Part shown: positions 35,530 to 49,787 of the stretch, piece by piece | How the letters are laid out: each line of letters starts with the position of its first letter | Numbering within the stretch: the stretch's first letter is position 1 | Source: Ginglymostoma cirratum | Taxonomy: Eukaryota | Direction of reading: 5' to 3' | Assembly (NCBI GenBank): GCA_024137785.1 | Contig: JAHRHZ010000270.1 | Span: 4,404,168-4,468,167, forward strand | Length of the DNA stretch: 64,000 nucleotides | Notes under the pieces: generated by a model | Databases searched by the model: none | What the model was told of the DNA's origin: nothing | The model's input: only the letters and a program-made list of their open reading frames with translations | Position numbers and translations under genes: made by a program

Positions 35530-37050
35530 AGTGTGAAGAGCAAGGCTGTTCAGTGTAGGAGTGCTGGATGACCAGAGATCTTCTATCTAGTCCAGAAAGC
35601 CGGCATGTCGTCTAGTGTAGACACCCAGGATAAAGTCTGCCCCAGACTAAAGGGCAATAGGAATATACTGAAGGGAAGCCTAGGTCAGCAAAAAGGGACA
35701 GTTTTGGCAAATGGAGCTTGTAGACTCTTGGCTTCTTGACCATTAAGATCATAGCCATCTGTGGAATGACAGGCAAGGTTGATAGGCAGTAGTTTCCTGT
35801 AGCAAATGACACGGAAGCTAGAGAGCTTGGAAATAGTGATGTCTTAGAACTCATTCCCAGACATCTTTAAAGGCAGGTGAATACCTGAATTTGATCAGGT
35901 CTTTTCCAGAACAGAAGCTAGGGAAGAGATTTCAGTAGTCAAGGTGAGGGTGCTAGATGTTGACTTGTATCTTACTGAGATGCTGTAAGGAAAAGCCTAG
36001 GAATTATAGACCAGAGAGGCACCCACCAATGGTGGGTAAGTTAGAGGGGATTGAAGGACAAGATTTACATGCCTTTGGAAAGTTGTCCATTGTGCAAAGT
36101 CATGCTGCCCATCCATAATCATCTCTCCCTAACATTTAAGAGGTGATTAAAGACAGCAGTAGATGTTTATAATGAACTTGCTAGTCTATGTGGAACCTTG
36201 AGGTTTGATCAGACAGCATCTGGGGAGCTAGTCAATTGGATGTAAACGTCTCTTCAAAGGTAAGTGACAGTAGTGGTAGGTGGGTCTTCCAGACCAGAGG
36301 CCTCTGACCAATGGTGTGCCCCAAGGATTGGTGTGGTGTCTACTTTGTCATGAGACCTCAGTCTACTTTTTCACATCCATTCACAAGACTAAGGGTAGCA
36401 GACACTGAAGATTTACCTCCATACAATGGCCCCTCTCTCTCCAATCTGCTCATTGGGTGAGCAGTGTCAGATGGAGTATAATTGAGGCATTACATTTTTG
36501 GTAATGCAAATCCAGGACTTTCACACTAATGGTAGGGTCCTGGGAAGTGTTACACCTGCACCCCAGTCTGTCTAGCAGGTATAGTTGAGTGGTGGATTAG
36601 AAAGGGTAGTGAGGAAAGCATTTGGTATCTTGCCTTTATTGGTCAGTGCATTACTGTAGGATTTGGGACACATGGCTGTACAGGACACAGTAATTTGTGG
36701 ACACCCTGCTGTAGAAGGATGTTGCTAGGACTAGTTTCTGCTATAGGGAGGCAGAGTAAGTTGGGGATATTATCGCTAGTGGCTGAAGGGCAGGGCATGG
36801 ATAGCTTGAATAGCCAAGGCCTTTTTTCCTAGGGTGGGGAGGAAGAGTCCAAAACTGGACAGTTTAAGGGAGAGGGAAAAGTAGTTTGTTCATAAGCACC
36901 ACCCTCTTCACAAAAGCAAAACTATTAAATTCCAATGGCATCTTGAAGGGGTACATGAAAGGGTTGAGGGCTCTGGGACTAGATGAATTCAGGATGTCTG
37001 GTCAGCACATGAGTTGGACTAGTCTGTGCTGTATATCTGCCTCCAATGCA
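35530..37050 (+). mobile_element. heavily decayed CR1-like LINE ORF2 remnant
   Basis: relics such as ggaattatagacc, ggtgtgccccaaggattggt, cagatggagtataat and gggtagtgaggaaagcatttgg; no ORF. Confidence 0.65.
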
Positions 37051-40000
37051 TCTGATGCTTGTTTGTTCTTGGCATTTCCCCTATAAATCTCTCTTGCAAA
37101 CCAAAGAACAAAAGCTTTGCACTGTCCTGCAGGTAGATCAGCCTGATGATTTGAATTGGATACTTTCATGCATTCAGCCTCTAGGTTTATCCTTTTCATA
37201 TCTAGAAACAAATCAGTCAGTTTTGAACACTAATTGGAAATTCCATCACCCTTGGCTGGATAATGCTAAAGACTTTCTAAATGAAGAAATACCTTTGTTT
37301 CTCTGGTTTAAATAGCCAACTGCTTTTTTTATTCTGAGCATCTAGGTCAATTGTCCTTGCCATGTTTTAAGGCTAAACATACACCAGCCCTCTATGCTAT
37401 CCTGTTAAGTTATTCCTCCCGTCTTCCTTCCCATCCCACCCCCAACCAATAGCATTTCAGTATCCCAGAACCTTTAGTCACAAACTTAGTACTCATGCAA
37501 GCACTTTTCAGTCAGTGTGAGGACCAATACTCCACTCTAGATGTAGTCTTGACAAGCTATGCAATTTGAAGTAGATGTTTTCATTGCAATAGAAGTTGCA
37601 TGCATAGATTAACATAGCATTCCATAATGCTTTCTGTACCAGACAAGTTGGCTTTGATTTGTGAATAAAGCCATCCATGTTCCTCTTACCATCAGCACTT
37701 AATGAGATGAAGTATGCTGCACTTGGATTCATCCCAAAAGTACTATTCCTAGGCTTTTCACGCTCCAATTTTGCTCAGTTATGTTGAAGTGTCAAACTTC
37801 ACTTAGTCACATGACTTATGGCTTTTCCTTGAGCCCTCAGGATTTCCAAGTCCACACCTTCAGCAATTCAAGTGCTGAAAGACTTCAGCCTCTTTTAAAC
37901 AGAAATGTTTGGTTTAGTTGTCTTCACAATAATACACCTTTTTTTTTTTTTTTTTGGAGTATGACTCTGGCATCAAAGTGACTGCTTGACACATTTGAAC
38001 CCCTTTCACTGGTCATGCCAAACTGCTGCATGACCCCCTGAAGGCTTTTCAACTTATCCTCCCCTTGTTGCTCGGCAGAATTGAATGTTGCTACCAAACA
38101 CTTAATTCCATGATTGTCCTGAAATTACCTTACCTATGACTGGACAATTAAGTTCATCAGGTAACTAGTGTCTAAACAATGATTACCCCTAATCATGTGC
38201 AACTTTAACCTTACCCAATTTGAAACCTTTCTTTATCAAAAGTTCTCTGAACAAATCCAAATCACCATCCATTCCCCTTCTCAATTTTCCACTGGCTTTG
38301 CAAAAAGAAGGTAATGATTGACAATCTCAGTTCAGTTATCCTATCCTTTTCATAACATTCTAACACCTGCCCTGTCCTTTTATAAGGAGCTTATAGAGCT
38401 GTAAGGCTTTTTATTCTCGAACTATGCTAGCCATGTTTCTTGGCGCCATTTGAGATTTGGCAGAATTTTAAATGCCTTGACATCTGTCTTCCATCTCTGC
38501 CCTGCACTTTCCCTGTGCCCGCCACCCCCAAAAAGAAAAACCCACTTACCATTCTAGGAATTTACCAACTTCCAAAGTCATCCATTTCTCTAGCATTAAC
38601 ACTTTTTTTTCACTACTTCACTTTCACAAGTCCATTTAAGCTTTCCAGCATTTCTGGAAAATGTTTGTTTTAACAAAGCATTTGAGTTCGTTTTCCTTTT
38701 ATTCTAGACTTTGTAAACTTACCTGGCCCAGTCTGTAATAAAATACACACTGTCTTTGCTAATCTTTTAATGGACTCAGTGCAACTTCTCTCTGGCTTTT
38801 GTTTTTACCATTATTTTAATTTCCTCATTTGGGTGCATCTTTTTGAATTCTGTTAGCTTTAGACTTGATGTTTCTCATTGGCATTTTGGATTCCTCCTCT
38901 CTCTCACATGCCCCACCACTTTTGGTCCTGCCTTGGATTAAACAGATTTGGCTCTTCAAAACCTAAACTAACACTGTCACTACTGTCATCTATAAACTTT
39001 TTATTTTGTCACCTTTAGATTCAACTGCTCCAGAGCTGTCCTCTCTTAACCACCAAGCTTTTAATTACCATACTCCCTTTACCCATATTACATTCCAAGC
39101 ATTATTAATACACTCGCTGCTCAAGTTGCCTTCTGGCCTTGTAATAAATTCAATCTAACTTTCACCTGTCCTTCCTCCATGTCTCTCCCTGTAGGATTAA
39201 TTTTCCAATTTAAAGGGCCTCCTCTAACTCTATAATCACGTTTAGTTTCTTCTATTCCCCTTTCAATATTTCTCCCCTGACTTTCATTGTTGTTGGATTT
39301 TGTTTTGGATTAATTTAACTTTAGATGAAGTGGGGAACAATAACAACATTAGACTCACCTTTGACAAATTCTGCTGTTCCCATGCTGCATGGTATTCGAA
39401 GCTGGTCTAATGACAGCCATGACACTTGCTGCTTTAGTGAAGTAGAATGAAAATGTATTTTGAGGACATTTTTAGAGGGTTGACTATGTAAGACTGTTTG
39501 GTTATTAGCAGCCCTCTGAACTACTTGAGTATCAAACACCTATGAAAATTAAAAGTTTAAGCCATTCCTAGTGCTTCGATTGAAACTAGCAGTTCTAGTT
39601 CGATTGCTGCTTAAAATTCTCTTGACATCTAGGGCCTTTACCAGGACAGCTGTTCCAGGTAATAGCACGACCCTAATTCTTGCACAACATCGATGCTCAC
39701 TCAGCAGCCACCACTACCCTTCAAGGCTATGTAGTCTCACTAGGAGAATAGGCCCACAAGAGCTAATGTCAGTTTGGAGTAGTTACTGACAGTCACCAAC
39801 GTTGGTTTATGACCCTATGCAGTCATGGCCTCAGAGTAAATGTGGCATGGAGTACTCCTACTGGTTTCAACCACCTTCACCTACTGTCTAATCCCTTATC
39901 CCAACCGTCTTAACTGATAAATCAGCACGTGGCCACATTGCCACCCACAGCACCTCCAATTGACCTTCACTGTTACTGAATATAATCAGGGTGAGGGAGT

Positions 40001-40529
40001 TCAGTCTGTTGTCAAGAATATCTAACTGAACTGGCTGGGTGCTTAAAGGAGATTAAATTTTTAGACTGAATCTGCGTCAAGTGATGGAGGAAAAAGCCCT
40101 ACTTGGCCTGGTTGTCACCAAGCTGCCTGGCTTAATTGCGTCTGTTCGTGACAAAGTGACTCAATGACCATTGCACCATTCATGTGCATTTTTAATGCTG
40201 ATTTATACTTTCCATGGTTCTGGGAAATTGCCCAGGAACATTCTGTGCATACTTTTCTACAAAAGTCTACGGCAAACCCCACCCAGCCAAATACAGCCCT
40301 ATGAGCCTATTCTTTTTCCATCACTTTGCTATGTTCGAGTGCTGTCAAGTGGCACTCGCTCAGCATTACACTACTCTCGAGTGCTCACTTTGTGTTTCTT
40401 CAGGGCCTTTCAGCTCCTAACTTCATTACAGATCTTGGTCCGGTCGTGAACAAAAAAGCTGAACTTGAGTGGCGAGATGAGTGTCTGCTCTTGATACCAA
40501 GCGACTTTTGTTTGAGCGGTGTCAAGGGG

Positions 40530-41350
40530 ACCTAGTAAAACTGGAGTCAATGGGAATCGGGTGAACTGTGACAAAGCACAATAGTTGGAGGCTTATCATT
40601 TCAATAGGAGTTTCTCCCAGCATCCAGACTTGGCCTGATAATTGACAACTAACATTCACGCTGTATAAGTGTCAAGCAACAACGAGAGAAAACCTCTCCA
40701 TTTGACATTCAATAGAATTAACATCCCTGAATCTCCCACTATCAACATCCTGGGGGTTACCATCGACCAGGAACTTAGCTCGATTAGCCATATACATGAT
40801 ATGACTATTAGAGCAGGTCAGAGGCTAGGACTCCTGTGGTGGGTAACTAACTTCCTCCTTTCTCCCCTGTTCCTATGCACTACCTACAAGGCCCAAGTCA
40901 AGAAGGAATAGTCTCCAATTGCTTGTATAGTTGCAGATCCAACAATACTCAAAACTCAACACCATCCAGCACAAAGCAGTCCACTGGATTGGCATTTTAT
41001 CCACCAACTTCAACATGAAAGTCTGCCCACAACCAGGGTAAAATAGCAGCTGTGCATGCCACCTACAACGTGTACTGCAGCAACTTCCAGAGGCTCCTTT
41101 GACAGCACATTTCAAACCTGTCACCATAACCAGTTAGAAAGACGTGGGCAGCAGATACACGGCAACACCTCCACCTGCAACATCTCCTCCAAGTCACACA
41201 CCATTTTGAATTGGAGCTATATTTCCGTTCCTTTACTGTCACAGTTAAAATCCTGGGCCTTCCTACTCAACACCACTCTGGGTTTACCTACACCCAGGAC
41301 TGCAGTGGTTAAAGAGGGCAGCTCACCACCACCTTCTCAAGGGCAATTAG
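40530..41350 (+). mobile_element. CR1/L2-group LINE 3' fragment
   Basis: INILGVTIDQELS...TTYKAQV peptide; 3' end ggcagctcaccaccaccttctcaagggcaattag shared with 52410-52700. Confidence 0.75.
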
Positions 41351-43450
41351 CAACGGGTGGGTGTTTGGTCAATAAGGGAATCAAGGGTTACGGGAGAAGG
41401 GCAGGAAAGTGGAAATGAGGATTTTCAGATCAGCCGTTATCACATTGAATAGCAGAACAGACTTGATGGGCTGAATGGTCAAATGCTACTCATACAACTT
41501 ATTGTCATATGGTAGCTTTGAGTACGCACAATTGCGTCATTCAGCAAGCCAAGCCAAGCCAAGCCAATGATTCTGAATTGGTGACATGTTATTTTTCACA
41601 AATACAGGATAATTTATCAAATGCTGGCCAGTCATGGAATTACTGAACCTTGACAAAAACCACTGCATCTTTCTCCAGACTTTCTTTTAACAAATGAAGT
41701 TCTCTGAGCTCTAATACTGTGATTAATCCTCCAGAACAGCTGCACACCCAACCCAGCTATTTCACTGTTACAGCTACAACTCTGAGAAAAACCCAACAAG
41801 TGTGAAATTATTCAGCGCCCTGTCTACAAAAGCTGAAAAAATTCGACATGATCACTTACCACTCAATGAGTCCACTACTGATCATTCACAAAATTATGGA
41901 AGATATTCCGAGCTATCAAAATACTTTGCTAGCCTTCCAATCAACATTCAGGTTATGTTTTATCCAACTTCGGACCTCATTACTGCTTTGAACAAAAAAT
42001 GGACAAAAATAACCAAATTCATGAGGGGAGTGCGACTGCCCTTGATGTTCAAGGCAGCCTTTGGCTCAGTATAGCATCAAGGAACCCTAAGAAAAAAGGT
42101 CGATGGAGATTGGCAGAGAACACAAAGAAAAACGACCGTCATTGTCGGAGGTCCCACTACATCACTGCAGGTGCTTTTTACTTGTCCATGGGATGTGGAC
42201 ATTGTTGGTTGGTCAGTATTTATTGCCCATCCTTACATGCTCCTAAGAGGTAGGTGGTAGGCTGTCTTTCTGAACCACTGCAGTCTATGAGAGGTAGCTA
42301 CGCCCTCTACACAAGGCTCTTGTGAACTTCCAGGGCCTTAATCCAGCAGTAGTTCAGCAATAAGTTGAGAAAGGTAATTCGTAACCTCAAAGAGTTTGGC
42401 CTAATTAATAGAGAAATTGTTCAAGATCAGGAAGACAGTGTGAAAAACATAACTGATGGAGTGAGATGCTCCTGACCTCCAAATAGGCCTCACCAGACTT
42501 TGTGTTCAATTCTGCCACAAATCTCACCATCACCCATATTACTCAAATAAGTTTCCATTTAATCTGTTTTTCATTGAACCTTTATCTATGCATGCATGCA
42601 AACATAAAGCTTGGGTATTTCAATTCTCAATGGCCTTTCTGTTGAATAGCATTTCGTTTTGGTAATTATTAGGACGACTTAAGCTTCATATAGTTTATGG
42701 GCAGAAATAGGTGCACGTGAACGCCATCATTTACAAGTTCTCCTCCATGCCACACGTGGATCTATATCACCGTTGCTTCACTGTTGCTGGATCGAAATAC
42801 TGGAACTCGCTGACAAAACTATGTGTATACCTGCTGCCTGTGGACTCAGGAGTTCAAGAAGGTGTTTGTCAGCACTTAGGGATGCAAAAGAGATGGTGTT
42901 CTAGCCAGGAACGGCAATATCCCGTGAACAAATAATTTAAGAATCTGCTCTTAACTAAGGCATTGCTCCAGAATTATATTGGGAACAGTGGTTTCTTCTG
43001 AGGATGGCGGGTAGATCAAGAATAACTGGTAAAACAATAATAAAGTGTAAACCGAAAGTTGCCAGGTGATCTTTTTTTGTGAAATAAAAGTTTTGTGTTC
43101 AGTTTTATAAAACGGAATGATTGGGTTTGTCGACTGCATCTGTATTTGACACCACCAAGCTGGTGCAATTATGAGAACAGTACAAGTAAGCAATAATTGT
43201 GAATCATAGTGTGGAAGCAGACCATTTGGCCCATCAAGTCCACGACGACCCACCAAAGAGTATCGCACCCTCCACGCCATCCCTGTAACTCTGCATTTCC
43301 CACGGCTAACCCAATTTTGAGCAAAGTCAAGTTTATGGGAAACTACCAGTTTCTGTGGATTGGGAAATGACTCAACAATCGACAAACATCCTGTAAATAT
43401 TCAAAATGTGAAGAAATATCTGCGGAGAGCAAACAGAAGGTGATCATCAT

Positions 43451-43770
43451 GGGCAGCACGGTGGCTCAGCAGCTAGCACTGCTGCCTCACAGCACTAGGC
43501 ACACACGATTGATTCCATCCACAGGTGAGTTTCTGTGTGGAGTTTGTATGTTCTCCTGTATCTGTGTGGGTTTCCTTCGGGTGCTCTGGTTTCCAACCAC
43601 AGTCCAAAGATGTGCAGGCTAGGTGGATTGGCCATACTAAATTGCTCATAGTGTCCAGGGATGTACAAGCTAGGTCGGTCAGCCATGGGAAATGCAGGGA
43701 CAGAGTAGGGGATGCTCTTTGGAGGGTCATCGTGGACTCGACGGGCCGAATGGCTTGCTTCTATGATCTA
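43451..43770 (+). mobile_element. HE1-like tRNA-derived SINE
   Basis: gggcagcacggtggctcag A-box head; conserved core cacagtccaaagatgtgcaggctagg. Confidence 0.85.
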
Positions 43771-43884
43771 GCCTGCATATCCCAGGACACAATAGGCAAT
43801 TTACCTAGCCTGCACATAGAATCATCATGGAATCCCTACTGTGTGGAAGCAGGCCATTTACCCATCGAGTCTGCACTGACCCAC

Positions 43885-44905
43885 TGCCACCTACAATCCG
43901 ACCCCGCCACGAAAGAGATATTTCCCTCCCTGCCCCTATCTGCCTTTCATGGGGACCTCTCACTCTGTGACCCCCTCGACTGCTCCACACTCCCCACTAG
44001 CCCCATCGCCCCCAGCACCTTTCCTTGCAACCGCAGGAAGCGCTACACCTGCCCCTACACGTCCATTCAAGGCCCAACGCAAACTTTCCATATCTGACAG
44101 GGGTTCACTTGTACATCCTCCAACCTAATCTACAGTATCCATTGCTCCTGATGTGGCCTCCTCTACGTCGGTGAGACCAAACGCAGACTCGGGGATCGTT
44201 TCGTGGAGCATCTGTGCTCGGTACGTGATAATCGACAACACTTTTCGGTCACTAACCATTTTAACTGCCCCTCCCAGTCCCTGGGTGACATATCCATCCT
44301 GGGCCTCCTCCAGAGTCACAGTGACACCACCCGCAAACTGGAGGAGCAGCATCTCATATTCCGCCTTGGCAGCCTCCTTCCCAATGGCCTGAATGTAGAT
44401 TTCACCAGTTTTAAATGTCCCTACCCCCGGCCCCATCCCATGTCCAACTCTTCATCTCATCCCCGCCTCCTTGACCTGACACAATCTGTCCATCTTCTCT
44501 ACCACCTATCCACCCTACCCTTCACAATGACCTAGCCCCACCACCCCCTACCTGCATTCACCTATCCCACCCCACCTACCTTTCCCCCGCCCCACCCATC
44601 CTCCCTCCTACCCCCTTGACCTGACACAATCTGTTCATCTTCTTCCTCACTTATCCACCCCACCCTTCCTAATGACCAATCACCACCAACCCCTAACTGC
44701 ATCCGTCTATCACCCATCCCACCTGCTTTTCCCCAGCCCCACCCCGACTCTATTTAATTCCCAGCTCCCTTCCCACTCCCCAGTTCTGCGGAAGGGTCCT
44801 GAAATGTTGACTTTCCTTCTCCTCTGATGCTGCCTGACCCGCTGTGTTCCTCCAGCTCCACACTGTGTTATCTCTGACTCCAGCATCTGCAGTTCTTGCT
44901 ATCGC
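43885..44905 (+). mobile_element. Penelope-like element 3' part (GIY-YIG endonuclease remnant plus terminal repeat)
   Basis: NLIYSIHCS*CGLLYVGETKRRLGDRFVEH...HFN...EQHLIFRLGSLLPNGLN, then a C-rich tract and the terminal motif. Confidence 0.85.
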
Positions 44906-45004
44906 TGAATTAAGATACTTCAGTAAATTGAGCATCTGCAAAGGATATTACTAAGAAAAAAAGATTGAAGCTTGATTTGCTATTTCTGTTTAAATCTTTC
45001 TAAA

Positions 45005-45095
45005 TTTACATATCTAGTGTGTATATACATATCTAATGTGTTTACATACATATATATGTATGATATATACACATATATTGTATACTATACAATAT
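45005..45095. repeat. (TA)/(TATACA) microsatellite-like tract
   Basis: read directly. Confidence 0.7.
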
Positions 45096-45670
45096 ACTTT
45101 GATATTTTGCAGTAATAAACCTTGATAGCCGTGTGATTGTGTGACTAACTATTGTGGTAAGCAAATGCAAAAATTAAGTTAAGACCTATGAAGCCAGGTT
45201 TCAGTCTTGTATCTGACTTTTCTGCTGTTACCAACAGCTGGGACTGTAACATATTTTAAAACATGTTGTAGTAACGGACTAGAGAAAACTAATTCAGCAA
45301 TCCTACTTTGTCTGGTCTATTTTTAACAACTAATTAAGTGTAACTGCTTTGAACTGGGAAAACTTTGTTCAAAGGTTTTGGGAATTGAATTTTCCCACAG
45401 GAAGTTTTTTTTTGGCAGTCTCCAGTTCAGAAGGAGGAAGTAATTCTTGATAGAAATGGAAGAGGATTTCCAGGCTGACAATTGTAGAACTGCTCCTATT
45501 CAGACAAAGTGTGCACTGAGCAAGTAGTGTAATGTTTTTCTATTGAAATTGTTGCCTGATTAACTAAAATGGGGATACAGAGCTGTGATTTAGATTTATC
45601 CTGGAGTCACCGAGGAATTTCCTTTTCCCTGACTGCAGCTTTGAACTTGTTTCCCCTTTCCTTCACTGTA

Positions 45671-46401
45671 TAGGGGATTCTGCTATAACACGGTAGTTGT
45701 GTTCCCGCACAAAATTGTGCTACTGAAAATCATACAAAATAAATAATGGGACCTATGGGAAAAGCTGGGTTAAGGGCACGAAGGACACATAACAATTATA
45801 TTTTGTAAATTTCTCCCTCACCTACGTGGCTTCATTCTTATAGCTGAACTATAATGACAGGTTATCAAACAGGTGATGCTGCAAAGAGGCAATACGTTTT
45901 CAAATCTGACCTTGTATTTGCAATGAAGGCTTTAGAGTTCTGCCACTGGAAATCCCAGCAATGGTCAGTACTGCATGATAGTGCGGGCATGATCCAAAAG
46001 AGGTGAGCAGTGCAAAATTGTGAGAGATAGAGCTCACAGCCAGCAACCCTCCATGAAACTCACCCGAAATTGACACATCAGCAATTTTTAGTAAAATTTC
46101 CCCCTCCTTCGGCACAAACTTCTGGATAGATTTTCAGACAAGTGAAGCAGAGGGACCTGACCTTTATTTCCTGTGTAGCCCGTCGGCATTGAAGTTAATT
46201 GTAGGAACGAAATGTGTTGTAAACCTGAGCAACATCGCATTCAAAATAGTGCTGGAAAAGAGCAATCTCTACAATCCATACTCAATGGAATCGTATTATA
46301 GCCAACACAAGTTCGTGTTGTACTAGTACCGTTCTCCTATTGGTCAGTCGCATTATGGCCATAGTGTGTTGCCTCATCAGGCATTCTAGGAGAACCTCCT
46401 G
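45671..46401. mobile_element. pogo/Tigger-like non-autonomous DNA transposon remnant
   Basis: imperfect TIRs (TA-taggggattctgctataac vs ttctaggagaacctcctg-TA) with TA at both ends. Confidence 0.45.
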
Positions 46402-47334
46402 TAGCATTGTCTGCAGTGGCCTCACGTATTTCATGTTCCACAGTCTGTAACCATCTCCCAAAACTCCTCTGTCCCTTCGTTCTACTCTTATGTATGACCC
46501 TTTTTCATACAGAGCTCTTCAGCCAGTCTTTTTGTTACCTCATCAAACAATATCCTCAAATGGCGATAAATCTGAAAAATCTATTTTATCTAATTATGCT
46601 TGTGTGAGGTGCATTGGATGTTTTTCCCCATGGAACTCATTGTGTAAAGGCAGGCGTTTGCACTTAATAGTAACAGAATTTTTTCTTACATGCATTAATG
46701 AAAACACAGTAGAATGCGTCAAAGATGGCATAAACCAGTGGCATTTTAATTACATAATTTTGCATGTTTTTATTTCTCTATATAATTTACCAAATTAACT
46801 TTTCAGTAATTTTAAAAGTATAGTGGTGCACAGATAGGCTTACCAGGTAGGGTCTGTAATCTTTTCTAAGGATGGGGAAAGTGGAATTTTGTGAACACTG
46901 TCAAGTATAATATTAAAAGTTTATATCAAACAGTTCATTATCCTAAAAAAGGATAATGTGTGACTACCAGTCATAGAAGGAGCTTCTATCTATGGGTCCT
47001 TGGTTGAAGAGGTTGCTCATCATTTCCCCCAACCTCACTGATTGGCCACTGAACTTGTAATTGTGTTGCTAATGTTGTGGCGCAGTTTAAGAGCTGCCTG
47101 CATCATCTAACAGGTTCTCACCCACTGATGGTCCTGTCCGTTGGTTGAGGACTGCCAGTTTAAAGTTGTACCTTTAATATTTAACAAAATGTTTGTATCT
47201 TAAGTACATCAACCAACTCAATAATTTATTCCCTCTTACACAATCCATGAGAGGTTTTTCACAACCGATTTTCTTTACTGACTCACACAGGATCCTGGAA
47301 TAAGCCAGTCATCCAAGAACTCTGGATGGACAAG

Positions 47335-48110
47335 AATCACAGAATCCCTACAGTGCTGAAAGAGACCATAGAATCATAGAGATATACAGCACTGAAACTG
47401 ACCCGTCTATCCATGGTGACCAGATATCCTATATAAATCTAGTCCTACTTGCCAGCATTTGGCACATATCCCTCTAATCCCTTCCTATTCATATACCCAT
47501 CCAGATCCTTTTAAATGTTGTAATTGTACCAGCCTCCACCACATCCTCTGGCAGTGCATTCCATACATGAAAATGTTGCCTCTAAGGCTCCTTGTATATC
47601 TTTCCCCTCTCACCTTAAACCTATGCCCTTTGGTTTTGGACTCCCCCACCCTGGTGAAAAGACATTACCTATTGACCCAATCCATGCCCCTCATGATTTT
47701 ATAAACCTCTGTAAAGTCCCCCTCAGTCTCCGACAGTCCAGGGAAAATAGCCCCAGTCTATTCAGCCTCTCCCTATAAGTCAAAACCTCCAAACTCTGCA
47801 ACATGCCCGTTAATCCTTTCTGAATCCTTTGTAGTTTCACAAAATCCTTCCTGTAGGAGGGAGACCCAAATTACATGCAATGCTCCAAAAGTGGCCGAAC
47901 CAATGAGCTGTACAGATGCAACATGACCTCCCAACTCCCATACTCAATGCACTGACCAATAAAGGCAAGCGTACCAAACACCTTCTTCACCGTCGTGTCC
48001 ACTTGCGACTCCACTTTCAAGGAACTATGAACCTGCACCCAAGGTCTCCTTGTTCAGCAACAGGTCCTTACCATTAAGTGTATAGGTCCTGCCCTGATTT
48101 ACCTTTCCAA
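47335..48110 (-). mobile_element. CR1/HER1-like LINE 3' fragment
   Basis: catagaatcatag tail; colinear with 18400-19070. Confidence 0.8.
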
Positions 48111-48436
48111 AATGCCCATCAAGTCCACGTTGACCCTCTGGAGAGGAAAGAGCATCCCACCCAGACCCAGCCCCTTACCCTTTCCCTGTAACCCTGCCTT
48201 TCTCATGGCTAACCCACCTAGCCCGTACATCCCTGGACATTATGGGCAACTTAGCATGGTCAATCCACCAAGCCTGCACATCTTTGGACTGTGGGAGGAA
48301 ACCGGAGCATGCAGAGCAAATTCACGCAGACACAGGGAGAATGGGCAAACTCCACAGAGACAGTCACCTGAGGGTGGAATCAAACCTGGGTTCCTGGAGC
48401 TGTGAGGCAGCAGTACTAACCACTGAGACACCGCGC
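48110..48436 (-). mobile_element. HE1-like SINE
   Basis: reverse complement of the 43451 family. Confidence 0.85.
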
Positions 48437-49511
48437 TAACAAGAAGAGAAGGCAAAGAAATGGGAATTTAATAATAATGTTTGTGGAAGGGAGGGGAGGA
48501 CGCCATTTGTATAAGCTAGATTGGTGGTATGAAAGCTATATATGTAGGGAGTGTGTGAGTGTAGGCTGTTTAGATTGGGATGATAGGTGCCCAGAGGGAG
48601 GAATGAGCGGAGTTGCGTTGATGTGAGGAGTGGTGTGCAGAAGAATGTTGGAAAAGTCAGAGTGTGGGCAGACAGCTCCTGCCTTGCTGAGAGCTTGAAT
48701 GCACTTGGAGCATCACTTCCAGGCAGGATAGCCGGCAGTTCTGCTCCTGACATCCTCATTTAATTCCGTCCATGGCTGCTTGGTTTTCCTGCGACATATC
48801 CAGTGCATCATCTCACCCACCCTCACTGATTGACCTAGGGACTTGTAACTGGCTCTCTCTCCACAGATGATGCCAGACCTGCTGAATTTTCCAGCAATTT
48901 CTGATATAGTTTGTAATTATCTTGCTAAGACCCCATGTGGTTCTCTACAGGCTAATGGCCCTGTACTTTGCTTAAGGAATATGAGTTGCAAGTTGAACCT
49001 GATATTTAACAGGATTAAAACACAAACATTTCATTAAGTAAAGGATACTTAAATTTCTTCCCTGTTACACAATTCAATTTAGATTGTACACCATAAATAT
49101 TGCCTGCTTGTTTATCTACATAATCTAACAACCCTCCGATAAAAATAACTTGTTTAATCTTGAAAGGAAAGCGAAACAAGCTTCAGAAATTAAGCAGTGA
49201 AGAAGGGTTCTGACCTGAACCGTCAACTTTCCTACTCCCCTGATGCTGCTAGGCCTGCTGTGTTCCTCCAGCTCCACTCTGTGTTATCTCAGCAATTAAA
49301 TAGCAATTAGTCAGAAGTTTAAATACTCAATTTGTATTTTTTGATATAGCATCGTTAGACTGCAAAAATTATTTTAGGTTCAATATCTGGATAATTTTCC
49401 AATTCATGTTTCTCCCATTTTCTTCCAATATTGATCAGGGATAATTGCATGTGTCTAAGTTATGATTTGCCTCAGCCACCTTAGTTCAGCTGACCTAGTT
49501 CCACTAGAGAT

Positions 49512-49787
49512 GGGGCGGCATGGTGGCTCAGTGGCTAGCACTGCAGCCTCACAGCACCAGGGACCCACGTTCAATTCCACCCTTGGGCAACTGTCTGTGT
49601 GGAGTTTGCACATTCTCCCCATGTCTGTGTAGGTTTCCTCCCATAGTCCAAAGATGTGCAGGCTAGATGGGTTGGCCATGCTAAATTGCCTGCAATGTTT
49701 GGGGATGGGTCTGGGTGGGATGCTGTGAAGGTCAGTGTGGACTTGTTGTGCCAAAGGGCATGTTTCCACACTGTAGGGATTCTGTGA
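49512..49787 (+). mobile_element. HE1-like SINE
   Basis: ggggcggcatggtggctcagtggctagc head; ctgtagggattct tail. Confidence 0.85.

Noticed and set aside
41545-41567. (CAAGC)n repeat, poly-T runs (10255, 15018) and the direct repeat at 63376-63399
   Set aside because: Ordinary slippage repeats; eukaryotic DNA with no CRISPR-like repeat-spacer structure
43440-44100. 190-aa ORF 43525-44097 and overlapping ORFs
   Set aside because: Read-through of SINE and Penelope sequence, not a host gene
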